A DNA stretch of 64,000 nt from Syntrophales bacterium (GCA_040765725.1 JAXGRQ010000003.1:11409-75408), one strand, 5' to 3'. Positions 19,284-30,675 are shown, counted from the stretch's first letter. Translations and numbers: made by a program. The notes: generated from the letters alone by a model not told the origin.

Positions 19284-20209
19284 TGGAGCCTTATTCCTTC
19301 CTTGTCTATAAAATAACGGATGATTTCATCACCGGCTATCCTCATGCCCCCGACTTGCACATCGAACAGACGAATTTTCCCGTTTCCCGTCCAGACCAGA
19401 ACCTTGTCATCATGGATTTCGACAATCCCGGGGACCTGCGCCTTTTCTCCGTCCTTGTTCCCTTCAGGCGCTCCCCACCAAACCATCAGCGAGGATCCGT
19501 CCGGCAACCTGCAAAACGCCCCGGGATAAGGGTCTGTCACCGCGCGGATGAGATTGTAGATTCTCGCGGCCGGCCAGTTCCAATCGATGCGACCATCCTC
19601 CGGCCTGCGTCGTCCGAAATAGCTCCCCCGGGAAATATCCTGCGGGATACGGGGGGCCAAGCCGTCCCTCATCAGTGGAAGAAGTTCGTCGAGAAGCGTT
19701 TCCGAGGCGGCACATAGCTTTCCGTACAGAGTCAAAGCCGTATCGTTCTCCGAAATGCGGACAACCTTTTGTCCGACGATATCCCCCGCATCGGCCTTCC
19801 GGATCATGTGATGAAGCGTGACCCCCGTTCGAACCTCTCCGTTCAACAGAACCCAATTGACCGGGCATCGACCGCGATATGCGGGGAGAAGGGATCCGTG
19901 CAGGTTATATGCCCCTTTCGGCGGGATTCGCAGGATCTCTTCTCCGATCATACGCCGGTAATAGAACGAAAAAATCATCTCCGGCTGAAGTGCCGCAATC
20001 TTCTCCACCGACCTTTTGTCTTGGAGATCGGCACGACACTCCACGGGAATTCTCTTCTCCTTTCCCCATTCCTGCACGGAATCGAACCAGCGGTTTTCCG
20101 CAGGATCATCCTCATGCGAATAGATTTGGACAATCTGATATCCTGCACGCTCGAGGGAGTTGAGGCCCGCTATGCCCATGTTATGATAGGCAAATACCGC
20201 CGCTTTCAT
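19280..20209 (-). CDS. arnA: UDP-4-amino-4-deoxy-L-arabinose formyltransferase, stand-alone ArnA N-terminal domain
   Basis: [44 protein letters not shown] (formyltransferase core). ATGA overlap with the downstream decarboxylase gene. Confidence 0.85.
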   Translation of the reverse strand: MKAAVFAYHNMGIAGLNSLERAGYQIVQIYSHEDDPAENRWFDSVQEWGKEKRIPVECRADLQDKRSVEKIAALQPEMIFSFYYRRMIGEEILRIPPKGAYNLHGSLLPAYRGRCPVNWVLLNGEVRTGVTLHHMIRKADAGDIVGQKVVRISENDTALTLYGKLCAASETLLDELLPLMRDGLAPRIPQDISRGSYFGRRRPEDGRIDWNWPAARIYNLIRAVTDPYPGAFCRLPDGSSLMVWWGAPEGNKDGEKAQVPGIVEIHDDKVLVWTGNGKIRLFDVQVGGMRIAGDEIIRYFIDKEGIRLQ

Positions 20210-21192
20210 GTATCCCCCCCAGGTGACGGTAAATCATCGCCGTGGATGTGCTCAATCACATACTCGGGCCGCTTGCGAACCTCGCGATAGATCCGGCCGA
20301 TGTATTCCCCAATCAGGCCCAGCGCAAAAAACTGGAGCCCCACGAAGACAAACAGGATGGCGAACAGTGTAAAAACACCCTGTGCCGCCCAAATCACCCC
20401 GTACAGCAGACGCGCGACGACGAGCAAAAGACCAAAACAGACACCAAACAGGGCCAGCAGGATTCCGCCATACATGATGAGCTTGATGGGAAGTTCGGAA
20501 AAAGACGCCACCAGATCGAATTGAAGGTTGATCAATTTCCGCAGCGGATAGTTCGATTTCCCGCCGTGCCTCTCCTCATGAGCGACCTCGATCTCCGTGA
20601 CCCTTTTTCCGAAGTGCGTCGCGAGGGCCGGGATGAAGGTGGCATGCTCGTGACAGGCGATCATCCTTTCCACCACGGTTCTGCGGTAGGCCCGAAGCAT
20701 GCATCCCCAGTCGGTCATTCGGACCCCCGTGATTTTCCTGGCAACCATATTTACAATGCGGGAGGGCAAAATCCGCAGCAGCGAATCCTTCCTTCCCCGG
20801 CGGATGGATCCGACCACGTCAAAACCGCCCTTCTCCATCGTTTCGATCAGCCGTGGGATCTCCTCTGGAGGGTTTTGAAGATCCGCGTCGAGCGTCACGA
20901 CAATCCCTCCGCGGACAATGGAAAATCCGGCCAGGATGGCCGCATGCTGTCCGTAGTTCCGGGTGAGTTCCACGGCCCGGACCTCGGGATAGACCGTAAA
21001 TGCCTTCAGGATCTCCAGCGATCGATCCCAGCTGCCGTCATCCACCAGGATGAGTTCCCAGGGTCTCTTCAGAGAGGACATGACCGGTCGGATCCGGTTC
21101 AACAGCAATGGCAGATTCTCCTCTTCGTTGTACACGGGAATGACCAGGGAGATCATCTCATTCACATTGCCCGGATTGACGCTTGCGATCAT
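20206..21192 (-). CDS. arnC: Undecaprenyl-phosphate 4-deoxy-4-formamido-L-arabinose transferase (GT2)
   Basis: ISLVIPVYNEEENL...LVDDGSWD...TLDADLQNPPEEIP plus two C-terminal TM segments. Start set at ATG 21192, which overlaps the arnB stop (ATGA). The 430-aa ORF-track version is an out-of-frame extension over arnB. Confidence 0.85.
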   Translation of the reverse strand: MIASVNPGNVNEMISLVIPVYNEEENLPLLLNRIRPVMSSLKRPWELILVDDGSWDRSLEILKAFTVYPEVRAVELTRNYGQHAAILAGFSIVRGGIVVTLDADLQNPPEEIPRLIETMEKGGFDVVGSIRRGRKDSLLRILPSRIVNMVARKITGVRMTDWGCMLRAYRRTVVERMIACHEHATFIPALATHFGKRVTEIEVAHEERHGGKSNYPLRKLINLQFDLVASFSELPIKLIMYGGILLALFGVCFGLLLVVARLLYGVIWAAQGVFTLFAILFVFVGLQFFALGLIGEYIGRIYREVRKRPEYVIEHIHGDDLPSPGGDT

Positions 21193-22349
21193 TTTCGGTC
21201 CCCCCCTGAGCCGTGCAGGATTTCCCGCACTGCCGCGCAAACATAGCCGATATCGGTGTCCTTCATATCCGGGAAAAGGGGAAGCGAGAGAATGGCTTCC
21301 GACGCGCGCTCGGTTTCCGGCAATTTCTGGGCCCCGAAGCGCTCCCGGACATATTTCAGCAGATGACACGCCGGGAAATGGAAACCATAACCGATATTGT
21401 AATCGGCCAGACGTTCCATAAACCTTCCCCTGTCCATGGACAGGATCTTCACCACAAAGAGGTGATGGGAATGAACGTGCGGATAGGGAGGATCGCACGG
21501 CAGTTCCAGACCGGGCACGGCTTCCAGTCCTTGCCGGTACATCGCAACGAGTTCCGCTCGACGCCGGTTGAACTCGCCGAGCCTGGAAAGTTGCGCAATC
21601 CCCAGGGCCGCCTGAATGTCCGTCAAATTGAATTTCCAGCCCGGCGTCTCGATATCATAGTCCGGATTGCCGCTTTTTCCATAACGCTTCCACGCGTCCC
21701 GTTCGATCCCGTGAAAACGCAACAATCGAATCCTTGTCTCCAATTGATCGTCACTGTGCGTGATGAGGCCGCCCTCGCCGGTGGTTATATTTTTTATCGG
21801 ATGAAAGGAAAATAGGGCCATTTTTCCGAAACCGCCGGCATGGATGTCCCGATATCTCGTTCCAATGGCATGGGCCGCATCCTCGATGACCGTCAGATGA
21901 TGTCGATCGGCCAACTCGATGATTCGATCCATTTCCGCGGGCGCTCCTGCAAAATGGACGGGAATGATCGCCTTGGTCCGCGGCGTGATCCGGGTCTCGG
22001 CGTCGTCGGCGCTGATGTTGAGGGTGTCGTAGTGAATATCGGCGAAGACGGGCTTCGCACCGCATAGTGCAATCATGTTCACCGTCGAGGCAAAGGTGAG
22101 CGACGGTGTAATGACCTCATCACCAGGACCGATCCGGAGGGCCGCCAACGCGAGCTGCATTCCGGCCGTCCCGGAGGAGAGCGATACGGCGTAACGCGCA
22201 CCGGTAAGCTCCTGAAATCGCCGTTCGAAGGTTTGACACAGGGGACCGGTCGTAATCCATTTCGACTTCAGGCAGGCGGTCACTCCCGCGATCTCCGCCT
22301 CACCAATGGAAGGCCTATTTAACGGCAGAAAATCTTCTCGAATCTTCAT
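21189..22349 (-). CDS. arnB: UDP-4-amino-4-deoxy-L-arabinose--oxoglutarate aminotransferase (DegT/DnrJ/EryC1 family)
   Basis: 386 aa. DegT-type pattern (FLPLNRPSIGEAEI..., HFAGAPAEMD, FSFHPIKNITTGEGG). Confidence 0.85.
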   Translation of the reverse strand: MKIREDFLPLNRPSIGEAEIAGVTACLKSKWITTGPLCQTFERRFQELTGARYAVSLSSGTAGMQLALAALRIGPGDEVITPSLTFASTVNMIALCGAKPVFADIHYDTLNISADDAETRITPRTKAIIPVHFAGAPAEMDRIIELADRHHLTVIEDAAHAIGTRYRDIHAGGFGKMALFSFHPIKNITTGEGGLITHSDDQLETRIRLLRFHGIERDAWKRYGKSGNPDYDIETPGWKFNLTDIQAALGIAQLSRLGEFNRRRAELVAMYRQGLEAVPGLELPCDPPYPHVHSHHLFVVKILSMDRGRFMERLADYNIGYGFHFPACHLLKYVRERFGAQKLPETERASEAILSLPLFPDMKDTDIGYVCAAVREILHGSGGDRK

Positions 22350-24033
22350 GGGGGCCTCTTTTTGCGGGATGGGTTAACCGAACCAGAGCGAATGATTTAT
22401 TATGCCACAGGATCTGCAGAGCAGGTACCTCTTTTTTAAGTATTTCCAACTTTTCTCCAGTCTCCGTAGCACAGTATATTTCGTCCACAGTTCGAATCAG
22501 ACGGAAAAACGACTCCGTCGTCAGGAAATAGCGTTCCCGTTCCGAAACCGGAAGCTGTTCACTGCCATATCTTACTTCTCCGATGTCGTCAACGATCGGT
22601 GTCCTCTTTCCGGTGTAAAAATCAATCCCGTACAGCGACATGCCATACTGGTAAACCGTTGCGTCTGGGGGGAGATATTTCAGAATCGCCCGTGATACCG
22701 GATAGGCCGACTTGTACGGCGAAAGATATTGCGACACAGCCGGCGTCAGGGATAGCAGAAAAAGCGCGAACAAAAGATAGATCGTCGCGAACCACCCCTG
22801 TCCTGCTTTCCCGCGCAGCCGGCTCGGAACGAAGATAATCAAGATCTGTATGAAGATTGGGATCACGATCCAGGGCCACCAGTCCGTCCAGGCTATTCCT
22901 TGAGGCAGAACCAAAACAGGCGCAAAAACCACCGCAATGAAAAGAAGCGCCTGCAGGGGACCGATCAGTCGATAGGGTGTTTGAACCGTTGATGCAAGTC
23001 GATTCTTGGCGATCCGTTCTTCGTAACAACGAAAGAGATGGCCGAATCCGAGCGCGAGCGGAGGGAAAATCGGCGCGATGTACGGGATCAGTTTGGACGA
23101 CGAAATCGAAAAGAACAGAAATATGACGCCAACCCATGCGAGCAAAAATCTTTTTTCGACAACCCCGATACTGCTTTTCACCTTTCCCAACACACGGATG
23201 GCCTCCGGAAGATAAGCGCACCAGGGAAGCGTCCCCGCCAGAACGATCGGAATATAGAAATAGAAAGGCTGATAGCGGTCATGCATCTTGGTGGCATAGC
23301 GAAGAAAATGCTCCTGGATGAAAAAAAAACGCAAGAAATCCGGGTTTTCACGCTGGACCAGGATGAACCAGGGTAGCGAAACGGCCGAAAAAACCAGTAT
23401 CCCCACGGGAGAGAAGAGACCAAATGTTTCCCGCAGGCGACCGGAGACCAACAGCCAGACGAATACGACGCCGAACGGGAACACCACGCCGATGAGCCCC
23501 TTGGTGAGAAATGCCAACGCGCTGAAAAAATAGAGAAGATACAACCAGCCCTTTTTCTTCTTCTCAGCGGCAAGATAACGGAAGCCGGACCAGATGGCCA
23601 GACAGACCATGAAGGCAAGGGGCATATCCAGGATGTTGATCCGTCCGATGGCCACATGAAACAAAAATGTGGTCAACACGGCCGCAGCGTAGAGTCCCGT
23701 CCGTGCATCGTGAAAAAAAACGCCCATTCGATACACCAACAGGATGCATCCCCAGGCGCATAACGCGGTGAAAAGTCGGGAGGAAAATTCACTTTCTCCA
23801 AAAATCCGGAAGAAGATAGCCGTTGCCCAGTAGGCCAGGGGTGGTTTTTCAAAATAAACCGACGCTTTCAGCCGCGGGGTGACGTAGTCGCCGGTGGCGT
23901 TCATGGCGCTCGGAATAGCGCTGTACCTCCCCTCATCCGGCTCCATGAGAGGCATGAACGGAAGCGGAACCGCATACAACAGCATCGGAACAAGAAAAAG
24001 AACGACTATTTTTATGGATCTCTCCCGCGACAT
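22315..24033 (-). CDS. arnT: 4-amino-4-deoxy-L-arabinose transferase-like glycosyltransferase (GT83/PMT_2 family)
   Basis: About 570 aa polytopic membrane protein, EPDEGRYSAIP...YFEKPPLAYW motif. Start set at ATG 24033 (RBS GGGGGAG). Confidence 0.8.
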   Translation of the reverse strand: MSRERSIKIVVLFLVPMLLYAVPLPFMPLMEPDEGRYSAIPSAMNATGDYVTPRLKASVYFEKPPLAYWATAIFFRIFGESEFSSRLFTALCAWGCILLVYRMGVFFHDARTGLYAAAVLTTFLFHVAIGRINILDMPLAFMVCLAIWSGFRYLAAEKKKKGWLYLLYFFSALAFLTKGLIGVVFPFGVVFVWLLVSGRLRETFGLFSPVGILVFSAVSLPWFILVQRENPDFLRFFFIQEHFLRYATKMHDRYQPFYFYIPIVLAGTLPWCAYLPEAIRVLGKVKSSIGVVEKRFLLAWVGVIFLFFSISSSKLIPYIAPIFPPLALGFGHLFRCYEERIAKNRLASTVQTPYRLIGPLQALLFIAVVFAPVLVLPQGIAWTDWWPWIVIPIFIQILIIFVPSRLRGKAGQGWFATIYLLFALFLLSLTPAVSQYLSPYKSAYPVSRAILKYLPPDATVYQYGMSLYGIDFYTGKRTPIVDDIGEVRYGSEQLPVSERERYFLTTESFFRLIRTVDEIYCATETGEKLEILKKEVPALQILWHNKSFALVRLTHPAKRGPHEDSRRFSAVK

Positions 24034-24264
24034 GATCTCCCCCGAACCCACAAATAACGATAAAATTCGCCGCGTTTATTCCACGGATTGCCCTTTTTTG
24101 TCAATGGATTATCTTCCGGGGATTTCGGCGATACGCTAGACGATGGATGATCAATTGCCTCGATGAGGCGCATCATTCTTGACATATGAAACAATATGTG
24201 CGATTTCGCGTGCGTCGGGTTTTTATCCTTCCCACAACCAACCCTATATCCAGGAGGTCTTTGC

Positions 24265-24981
24265 ATGTCCGAAATCGAATGGAAGAAGGCGAATACGGTC
24301 GGTATCATCATCATGAACAATGGTGAAAACAGGCACAACCCCGCATTTATCCGCTCCCTTCTGGGGACTCTGGACGAAATCGAACAAAATCCGGAAATTT
24401 CTGCCGTCGTGATCGCCTCCAGCGATCCCAAGAACTGGTCGCAGGGGATCGATCTCCAGTGGATTACGGAGACGATGGCCAAGAATGATCTTCAGGCGAT
24501 CAGGGACTTCATGTACGGCTTGAACAAAATCTTTCGACGCATCCTTCTTTATCCGATGCCGGTCATCGCCGCCATAAACGGGCATACCTTCGGCGACGGG
24601 AGTATCATGGCCTGTGCTTGCGATTTTCGTTTCATGAAAGCCGACCGCGGCTTTTTCTGCTTTCCTGAAATTGATATCAGCATCCCTTTTCTTCCCGGAA
24701 TGCTGGCGATCGTCAAAAAGGCGATCCCATACTACAAGCTCGAAGAGCTCGTTTTCAGCGGGAAACGAACCGGCGCCGTCGAACTGGAGGCCCATCATGT
24801 CGTCATCAGGGCTTGTGAAAATGAGGAAGTTCTGATGCGCGAAACCCTCGCTTTCGCCAAAACCTTTACCAAGAAAAGAGCCATCTTCGGCGAAATGAAA
24901 AAACGGTTGCACGGCTCGATCATCGAAATCATGGAGAAAGAGGATCCCGCCTACATCGAACCGTTGCGGTTGATGATATAA
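24265..24981 (+). CDS. Enoyl-CoA hydratase/isomerase (crotonase) family protein
   Basis: Crotonase-fold pattern (VVIASSDPKNWSQGIDL...AAINGHTFGDGSIMACACDFRFM). Start set at ATG 24265 (RBS GGAGG). Confidence 0.8.
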   Translation: MSEIEWKKANTVGIIIMNNGENRHNPAFIRSLLGTLDEIEQNPEISAVVIASSDPKNWSQGIDLQWITETMAKNDLQAIRDFMYGLNKIFRRILLYPMPVIAAINGHTFGDGSIMACACDFRFMKADRGFFCFPEIDISIPFLPGMLAIVKKAIPYYKLEELVFSGKRTGAVELEAHHVVIRACENEEVLMRETLAFAKTFTKKRAIFGEMKKRLHGSIIEIMEKEDPAYIEPLRLMI

Positions 24982-25004
24982 AAGGCGGAAACAGGCGCGG
25001 GAAC

Positions 25005-26141
25005 ATGCGACGATTGATCAATCGTTATATTTTAAAGGAAATCTTCCTGCCGTTCGGCATGATTCTGTGCGTGCTCACCTTCGTTTTGCTGATGGGGAAG
25101 ATCCTGCAGGTCATGGACTTGATGATCAACAAGGGCATCGGTTTTGTTGAGATCGCCCTTCTGATGTTGTTCCTGATTCCTTCGTTTCTCGTCTTCACGA
25201 TTCCGGTTTCGCTGCTGATCGCGATTCTGATCGGACTGGGAAGACTTTCCGGCGACAATGAATGGACCATCATGAAGATGTCCGGCCTGAGCCTCTATCA
25301 GTTGTCGATACCGGTATGCCTTTCTGCATTGACCGCCTTTTTGATGACCCTGGCTACGACCCTCTTCCTGGTTCCCTACGGCAACCTTGCATCCAAGGCC
25401 CTTCTGTTCGACATGGCCCGACAAAAGGCCAGTGTGAGTATCCGGGAAAAGGTGTTTGTCGACGATTTTCAAGGCATATTGTTGTATGCGGACAGCATCC
25501 CCATCCATGGAGATTACCTGGAGGGAGTTCTCGTTTCGGACAGCAGAATCAGCCGCGAACCGAGTACCATTATCGCCCGCCGTGCCTATCTTGTTTCAAA
25601 TCCCGATACGATGGTTGTCACGTTGCGCCTCGAGGACGGCAGCACCCATACGGTCGATTCCGATCTCAACAATTACCGGAAGATGGACTTTCATTTTTAC
25701 GATGTTCGTCTGGATTTTGCATCAAACCTTGCCGCGGACAACAAGCATGGAATGCTATCCAGCACGGAAATGAATCTTTCGCAGCTGACTTCCGCGATCC
25801 AAAAAAGAGACGCAAAACCGGAGGAACGTCGCGAACTGCAGATCGAACTTCACAAGAAACTGACCATCCCTTTTTCCTGCATTCTTTTCGCCGTGATCGG
25901 CATGCCCTTGGCCATCCGTGCACACCGTTCGGTGCGGTCCCGGGGTTTTACGATCGGCATATTCCTGGTTCTGATCTACTATCTGCTTCGAATCAGCGGC
26001 GAAGCCATGGTTGAAACAGGCAGACTCCCTGCGATCATCGGAACCTGGGCGCCCAATCTTATTTTTGCCGTTGCCGGATTTCTCGTTTTTGTCTTTACCG
26101 CAAGGGAAGGAATTCGGAGTCGTCCCACGCGCAGTGTTTAG
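25005..26141 (+). CDS. lptF: LPS export ABC permease LptF (YjgP/YjgQ family)
   Basis: MRRLINRYILKEIFLPF..., six TM segments with a periplasmic domain, paired with lptG. Confidence 0.85.
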   Translation: MRRLINRYILKEIFLPFGMILCVLTFVLLMGKILQVMDLMINKGIGFVEIALLMLFLIPSFLVFTIPVSLLIAILIGLGRLSGDNEWTIMKMSGLSLYQLSIPVCLSALTAFLMTLATTLFLVPYGNLASKALLFDMARQKASVSIREKVFVDDFQGILLYADSIPIHGDYLEGVLVSDSRISREPSTIIARRAYLVSNPDTMVVTLRLEDGSTHTVDSDLNNYRKMDFHFYDVRLDFASNLAADNKHGMLSSTEMNLSQLTSAIQKRDAKPEERRELQIELHKKLTIPFSCILFAVIGMPLAIRAHRSVRSRGFTIGIFLVLIYYLLRISGEAMVETGRLPAIIGTWAPNLIFAVAGFLVFVFTAREGIRSRPTRSV

Positions 26142-26192
26142 GGCAGACTCACCGCTGTATAAAACCAGCGGAAATTTTACGTTGGCAAATGA

Positions 26193-27281
26193 ATGAAGAT
26201 GATGAAAATTTTGGACCGTTATCTGTTTACGGAATTTCTGAGAAACCTTTTTTTGATTACGATATCGTTCGTTCTGCTTTTTTTGATCATCGATTTTTTC
26301 GAGAAGATCAGGATGTTTCTCAGCAATCATGCAACCGTCATGCAGATGGGCTCTTTTTTTCTGTTTCGGATACCGATGATGATCGCGCAGATCCTGCCGG
26401 CGTCGGTCCTCCTCTCCTCCCTGCTGACATTCGGCTACCTCTCCAAGCACAGCGAAATCACCGCCATCAAAGCAAACGGGATCAGCCTTTATCGGCTTGC
26501 ACTCCCCGTGATGACCATCGCGGTTCTGATCTGTCTTCTGATCTTCTATCTGAACGAATGGGTCACCCCCTATACCAACGACAGGGCTGAGTATATCCGT
26601 TTGATCGAAGTACAGAAAAGAAAATCCATGGGAACCTTCAAACAAGATCAGATCTGGTATCGCGGTCAAAAGGGAATCTACAACTTTCGGCTGTTCGACG
26701 CCCAGACCAACACCCTTCGGGGGATTACCATCCATTACCTTGATCGCCAGATGAACCTGATCAAGCGTCTGGACGCCGAAAAGGGCGAGTGGAACGGAAA
26801 CCAATGGCTCTTTCACAACATCCTGATCACACAATTCCGGGAGGGTGGGTTTCCGATTCTCTCAAAAGTGGCGCAGCAAGTGATCGACCTTCCGGAAATA
26901 CCTTCTGATTTCAAGATGATCCAGAAGGACATTGAGTCGATGGGCTATTTCGAACTGGATCGTTACATTCGGAAACTTCAATCGGAAGGTTACGATGCAA
27001 CACGGTACATCGTCGATCTCCAGGGGAAGATCGCCTTTTCCTTCGTGAGCATCATTCTGGCCGTGATCGGTTTCTCATTTTCCCTCCGCTCGGAGAGGAG
27101 CGGAGGGATTGCACAGGGAATCGGAACGGGGCTGATCATCGGATTTTCGTACTGGCTGGTATATGCCTTTGGAATGTCCCTGGGCCGATCGGAAACGCTC
27201 TCTCCGCTGATCGCCGCATGGTTCGCCAACATTCTCTTCGGCGCCGGCTCGATTTTTCTCCTTCTGCGAGTCAGAACTTGA
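26193..27281 (+). CDS. lptG: LPS export ABC permease LptG (YjgP/YjgQ family)
   Basis: MKILDRYLFTEFLRN..., same architecture as LptF. Confidence 0.85.
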   Translation: MKMMKILDRYLFTEFLRNLFLITISFVLLFLIIDFFEKIRMFLSNHATVMQMGSFFLFRIPMMIAQILPASVLLSSLLTFGYLSKHSEITAIKANGISLYRLALPVMTIAVLICLLIFYLNEWVTPYTNDRAEYIRLIEVQKRKSMGTFKQDQIWYRGQKGIYNFRLFDAQTNTLRGITIHYLDRQMNLIKRLDAEKGEWNGNQWLFHNILITQFREGGFPILSKVAQQVIDLPEIPSDFKMIQKDIESMGYFELDRYIRKLQSEGYDATRYIVDLQGKIAFSFVSIILAVIGFSFSLRSERSGGIAQGIGTGLIIGFSYWLVYAFGMSLGRSETLSPLIAAWFANILFGAGSIFLLLRVRT

Positions 27282-27357
27282 TGAAGGCCATCGGAATCGT
27301 CGGTGCATCCTTGACGAATCCGTCGATCATCCGCCTGCCATATCCTATCGTTCAGTA

Positions 27358-28782
27358 TCAGTAACGGTACGAATCCGGCTTGAAAGGCCCTCCAACGGTA
27401 ACGCCGAGATACTGGGCCTGTTTTTGGGTGAGCTTCGACAATTTGACGCCCAAACGCTTCAGGTGCAGCCTTGCCACTTCCTCATCCAGCTTTTTGGGAA
27501 GAATGAAAACATCCGGCTTCAAGCCTCCGGCAGCCAGTTTCATCTGCGCGAGACATTGATTGGTAAAGCTGGTACTCATTACAAAGCTCGCGTGCCCGGT
27601 CGCGCATCCGAGATTGACCAGGCGCCCCCCCGCCAGGACGATGATGGTTCTGCCGGATTTCAGTGTCCATTTGTCCACCTGCGGTTTGATGGAAACCCGC
27701 CGGCATCCTGGCGTATTTTCAAGATAATGCATATCGATCTCACTGTCGAAATGGCCGATGTTGCAGAGGATCGCCTCGTTTTTCATTTTCTCCATATGCT
27801 GTCCGGTAATGACGTCGCAGCAGCCGGTCGACGTGATGAAGATATCCCCTTTGGCAATCACATCATCGAGGGTTTTCACCTCATATCCCTCCATGGCCGC
27901 CTGCAAAGCGCAGATCGGATCAACTTCCACGATGATCACGCGGGCGCCGAAACCCCTCATCGATTGTGCACATCCCTTGCCGACATCACCATACCCGCAC
28001 AGAACCACCATCTTACCCGCAATCATGATGTCTGTAGCTCGTTTGATGCCGTCCGCCAGAGACTCGCGGCAACCGTATAGGTTGTCGAACTTGGACTTGG
28101 TCACCGAATTGTTGACATTGATGGCCGGGAAAAGGAGTTCGCCCTTCTTGGCCATCTGGTAGAGACGGTTTACCCCGGTAGTGGTTTCCTCGGATACGCC
28201 GCGGATTCCCGATGTCACCTGATGCCAGTGTCCCGGCGCCGTTTTGAGACCATTGGCGAGCCGTTCCCGAATAATTCGGAACTCCTTGTTTTCGCACTGT
28301 TGCTTCAGCAGGGAGGGATCCTTTTCTATGCGAACTCCCTCATGAACGAAGAGGGTTGCGTCACCGCCGTCATCGACGATCAGATTTGGTCCCGTACCGT
28401 CCGGCCAGGTCAGCGCCTGTTCGGTGCACCACCAGTAATCCTCCAGGGATTCTCCCTTCCACGCAAAAACGGCGGCGGTTCCCGACTTCGCAATGGCAGC
28501 CGCGGCATGGTCTTGAGTCGAGAAGATATTGCAGGATGCCCATCGAAGATCAGCCCCCAGACTCTTCAAGGTTTCAATCAGCATGGCCGTCTGAATCGTC
28601 ATGTGAAGACTGCCTGTGATTTTCATTCCGGCCAAAGGTTTTTTCGGACCATACTTTTCCCGGATGGCCATCAGGCCCGGCATCTCATTCTCGGAAAGGC
28701 GCATTTCCTCCCTTCCCCAGGCGGCAAGAGAGAGATCCGCAATCTTGTAAGGCATCTTCAGATCGACTTTCAAAAATTTCAT
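27358..28782 (-). CDS. ahcY: Adenosylhomocysteinase
   Basis: [27 protein letters not shown]...[20 protein letters not shown]... Start set at ATG 28782 behind a strong AAGGAGAGGAAGG RBS. Confidence 0.92.
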   Translation of the reverse strand: MKFLKVDLKMPYKIADLSLAAWGREEMRLSENEMPGLMAIREKYGPKKPLAGMKITGSLHMTIQTAMLIETLKSLGADLRWASCNIFSTQDHAAAAIAKSGTAAVFAWKGESLEDYWWCTEQALTWPDGTGPNLIVDDGGDATLFVHEGVRIEKDPSLLKQQCENKEFRIIRERLANGLKTAPGHWHQVTSGIRGVSEETTTGVNRLYQMAKKGELLFPAINVNNSVTKSKFDNLYGCRESLADGIKRATDIMIAGKMVVLCGYGDVGKGCAQSMRGFGARVIIVEVDPICALQAAMEGYEVKTLDDVIAKGDIFITSTGCCDVITGQHMEKMKNEAILCNIGHFDSEIDMHYLENTPGCRRVSIKPQVDKWTLKSGRTIIVLAGGRLVNLGCATGHASFVMSTSFTNQCLAQMKLAAGGLKPDVFILPKKLDEEVARLHLKRLGVKLSKLTQKQAQYLGVTVGGPFKPDSYRY

Positions 28783-28805
28783 ATCCTTCCTCTCCTTATT
28801 CATGA

Positions 28806-29522
28806 TCAGCGAATCACATCCGGAGCTCTTCCGGCCGCATGACCGGTCTCCATCTGTGGCAGCAGGTCGTTCTCGTTGATTTCGAAGGGTTTCTGACCGT
28901 CGACGCTGAGGCGGTCTTTCGGCGTGACAATGCCGGCAGAAATGATCAGTGTGAACGCCTCTTCCACGGACATGCTGAGTTCAATCAGCTCATCCTTCGG
29001 CACCATGATGAAGAATCCCGTCGTCGGTGTGAGGGCAAGTGGAATAAAAACACCGATGCACTGTGTATTTCGACCGATTCTGTTCTGTATTTCTCCATTG
29101 GGGGTCCCGGTGATGAATCCGATGCTGTAAATGCCCCTTCGCGGATACTCCACCATAACCACGCTCTTAAAACTCCGCGCCTTGTCCATCAGCAAACTGT
29201 CGGCAATCCTCTTGATGGCCTGGTAGATGCTCCGGACGAACGGAATCTTTCCAACAAGGTGCTCCCCGAAGGTGATCAGACGCTTTCCGAAATAACTTGT
29301 CGTAACGAGACCGCAAATAAAGATCAACAGAATCGTAATGATGGCACCCAATCCCGGGATATGAACCTTCAACAAATGATCCGGATGATATTCTGCAGGA
29401 ATGACCCGCAGGAGGCTGTCCATCACGCCGATGATGAAAAACAGGATATAGATCGTCACTCCCGCCGGAATCACGACAGCCAAACCGGTCAGGAAGATCC
29501 GTTTCAATTTCTTCTTCAACAT
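28806..29522 (-). CDS. DUF502-family membrane protein
   Basis: [30 protein letters not shown]... followed by a second TM segment. Start choice (29522 vs 29561/29585) is uncertain. Confidence 0.65.
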   Translation of the reverse strand: MLKKKLKRIFLTGLAVVIPAGVTIYILFFIIGVMDSLLRVIPAEYHPDHLLKVHIPGLGAIITILLIFICGLVTTSYFGKRLITFGEHLVGKIPFVRSIYQAIKRIADSLLMDKARSFKSVVMVEYPRRGIYSIGFITGTPNGEIQNRIGRNTQCIGVFIPLALTPTTGFFIMVPKDELIELSMSVEEAFTLIISAGIVTPKDRLSVDGQKPFEINENDLLPQMETGHAAGRAPDVIR

Positions 29523-29708
29523 TGTCTTGCCTTGATAGGATGGTTGAGCCGACGGCTCCATATCAGAATCAAAAAATAGTTTCAATGGTTTATTTCTGTA
29601 TGAAGCGTCTTTTTCCTGGGGAAAGATTTTCTTTCGAATGGATTTTCTGTGTTTTCCGGACCGGGATGCCGGATCGATTCAGGCCGACGAATCGGATCGC
29701 TCGTCTTG

Positions 29709-30662
29709 TCACAGAGGCTGACATACACTGCCGTACCATGGCGGCTTTTCGGCATGATCCGACGATTTTACAGGCTCTTCCTGATGGTTCGAAGAGCGGT
29801 TATCACCGATTTTCAACGTTTCACCGAAAACATGGTTGTCGATCAACCTCGTCTTGCCGACCCTGACCGCCAGCGCCAGCACACATTCCCCTTCGATGAG
29901 CGTTACATCTTTGATCGTCGATGTGTCACAAATCCGTGCATAGTCGATTTCCGTGTGGGGGTGACCCGCAATGAACGTCCGCACCTTTTTCAATATCCGT
30001 TCGGGATTCCTTTCCCCTCGGCTGTACAGATCTTCCGCCAGGACGAGCGCGCGGCTCAGACTCAAGGCCGACCTTCTCTCTTCGGGATTCAGGTACGTAT
30101 TCCGCGAACTCATTGCAAGGCCGTCGGACTCCCGCGTCGTATCCATGCCGATGACTTCAAGGTCCATGTTTAAATCCCGGACCAGCCTTTGAATGGTGAC
30201 ATATTGCTGGAAATCCTTCTTCCCGAATACCGTGACATGAGGTTTTACGATTTGAAAAAGTTTCGTGCATACCGTGGTCACCCCCCGGAAAAATTGTGGA
30301 CGGGAGATTCCGCAGAGGTTTTTCGTAACCCCTGCCACCTCCACAAAGGTCTGATACCCGTCCGGATACATCTCCTGATCGTTCGGTAAAAAAATCACAT
30401 CGACACCGACCGTTTCTGCAAGCATCCGGTCTCGGTCAAAGTCGCGGGGATAGGTCTCCAAGTCCTCGGTGGGGGAAAATTGTGTAGGATTCACGTAGAT
30501 GCTCACCACGAGGCAATCTCCCTGTGTTCGACCGATGCGCATCAGGTTGAGATGTCCCTCATGAAAGTATCCCATCGTCGGAACAAAGGCGATCCTTTCC
30601 CCTCGGGATCGTATCGAATCGGCAAGGCTTTGCATTCCCTTCACGGATCGAATGATTTTCAT
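29709..30662 (-). CDS. panC: Pantoate--beta-alanine ligase
   Basis: AFVPTMGYFHEGHLNLMR motif. Start at ATG 30662. About 35-40 aa C-terminal tail beyond the usual ...RLIDN end. Confidence 0.88.
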   Translation of the reverse strand: MKIIRSVKGMQSLADSIRSRGERIAFVPTMGYFHEGHLNLMRIGRTQGDCLVVSIYVNPTQFSPTEDLETYPRDFDRDRMLAETVGVDVIFLPNDQEMYPDGYQTFVEVAGVTKNLCGISRPQFFRGVTTVCTKLFQIVKPHVTVFGKKDFQQYVTIQRLVRDLNMDLEVIGMDTTRESDGLAMSSRNTYLNPEERRSALSLSRALVLAEDLYSRGERNPERILKKVRTFIAGHPHTEIDYARICDTSTIKDVTLIEGECVLALAVRVGKTRLIDNHVFGETLKIGDNRSSNHQEEPVKSSDHAEKPPWYGSVCQPL

Positions 30663-30675
30663 GGCCCATCCCCAC

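Noticed and set aside
20206-21498. 430-aa version of arnC, and 451-aa version of rsmA (30814-32169)
   Set aside because: The N-terminal extensions run through the upstream genes (arnB, DUF2062) in a different frame. Family-typical N-termini and start contexts (ATGA overlap at 21192, ATG at 31671) support the shorter forms.
25755-26834. 359-aa minus-strand ORF across lptF/lptG
   Set aside because: Antisense shadow ORF. The plus-strand genes have the expected YjgP/YjgQ architecture.
27358-28806. SAH riboswitch in front of ahcY
   Set aside because: Only 23 nt separate ahcY from the upstream DUF502 gene, so there is no room for the element.
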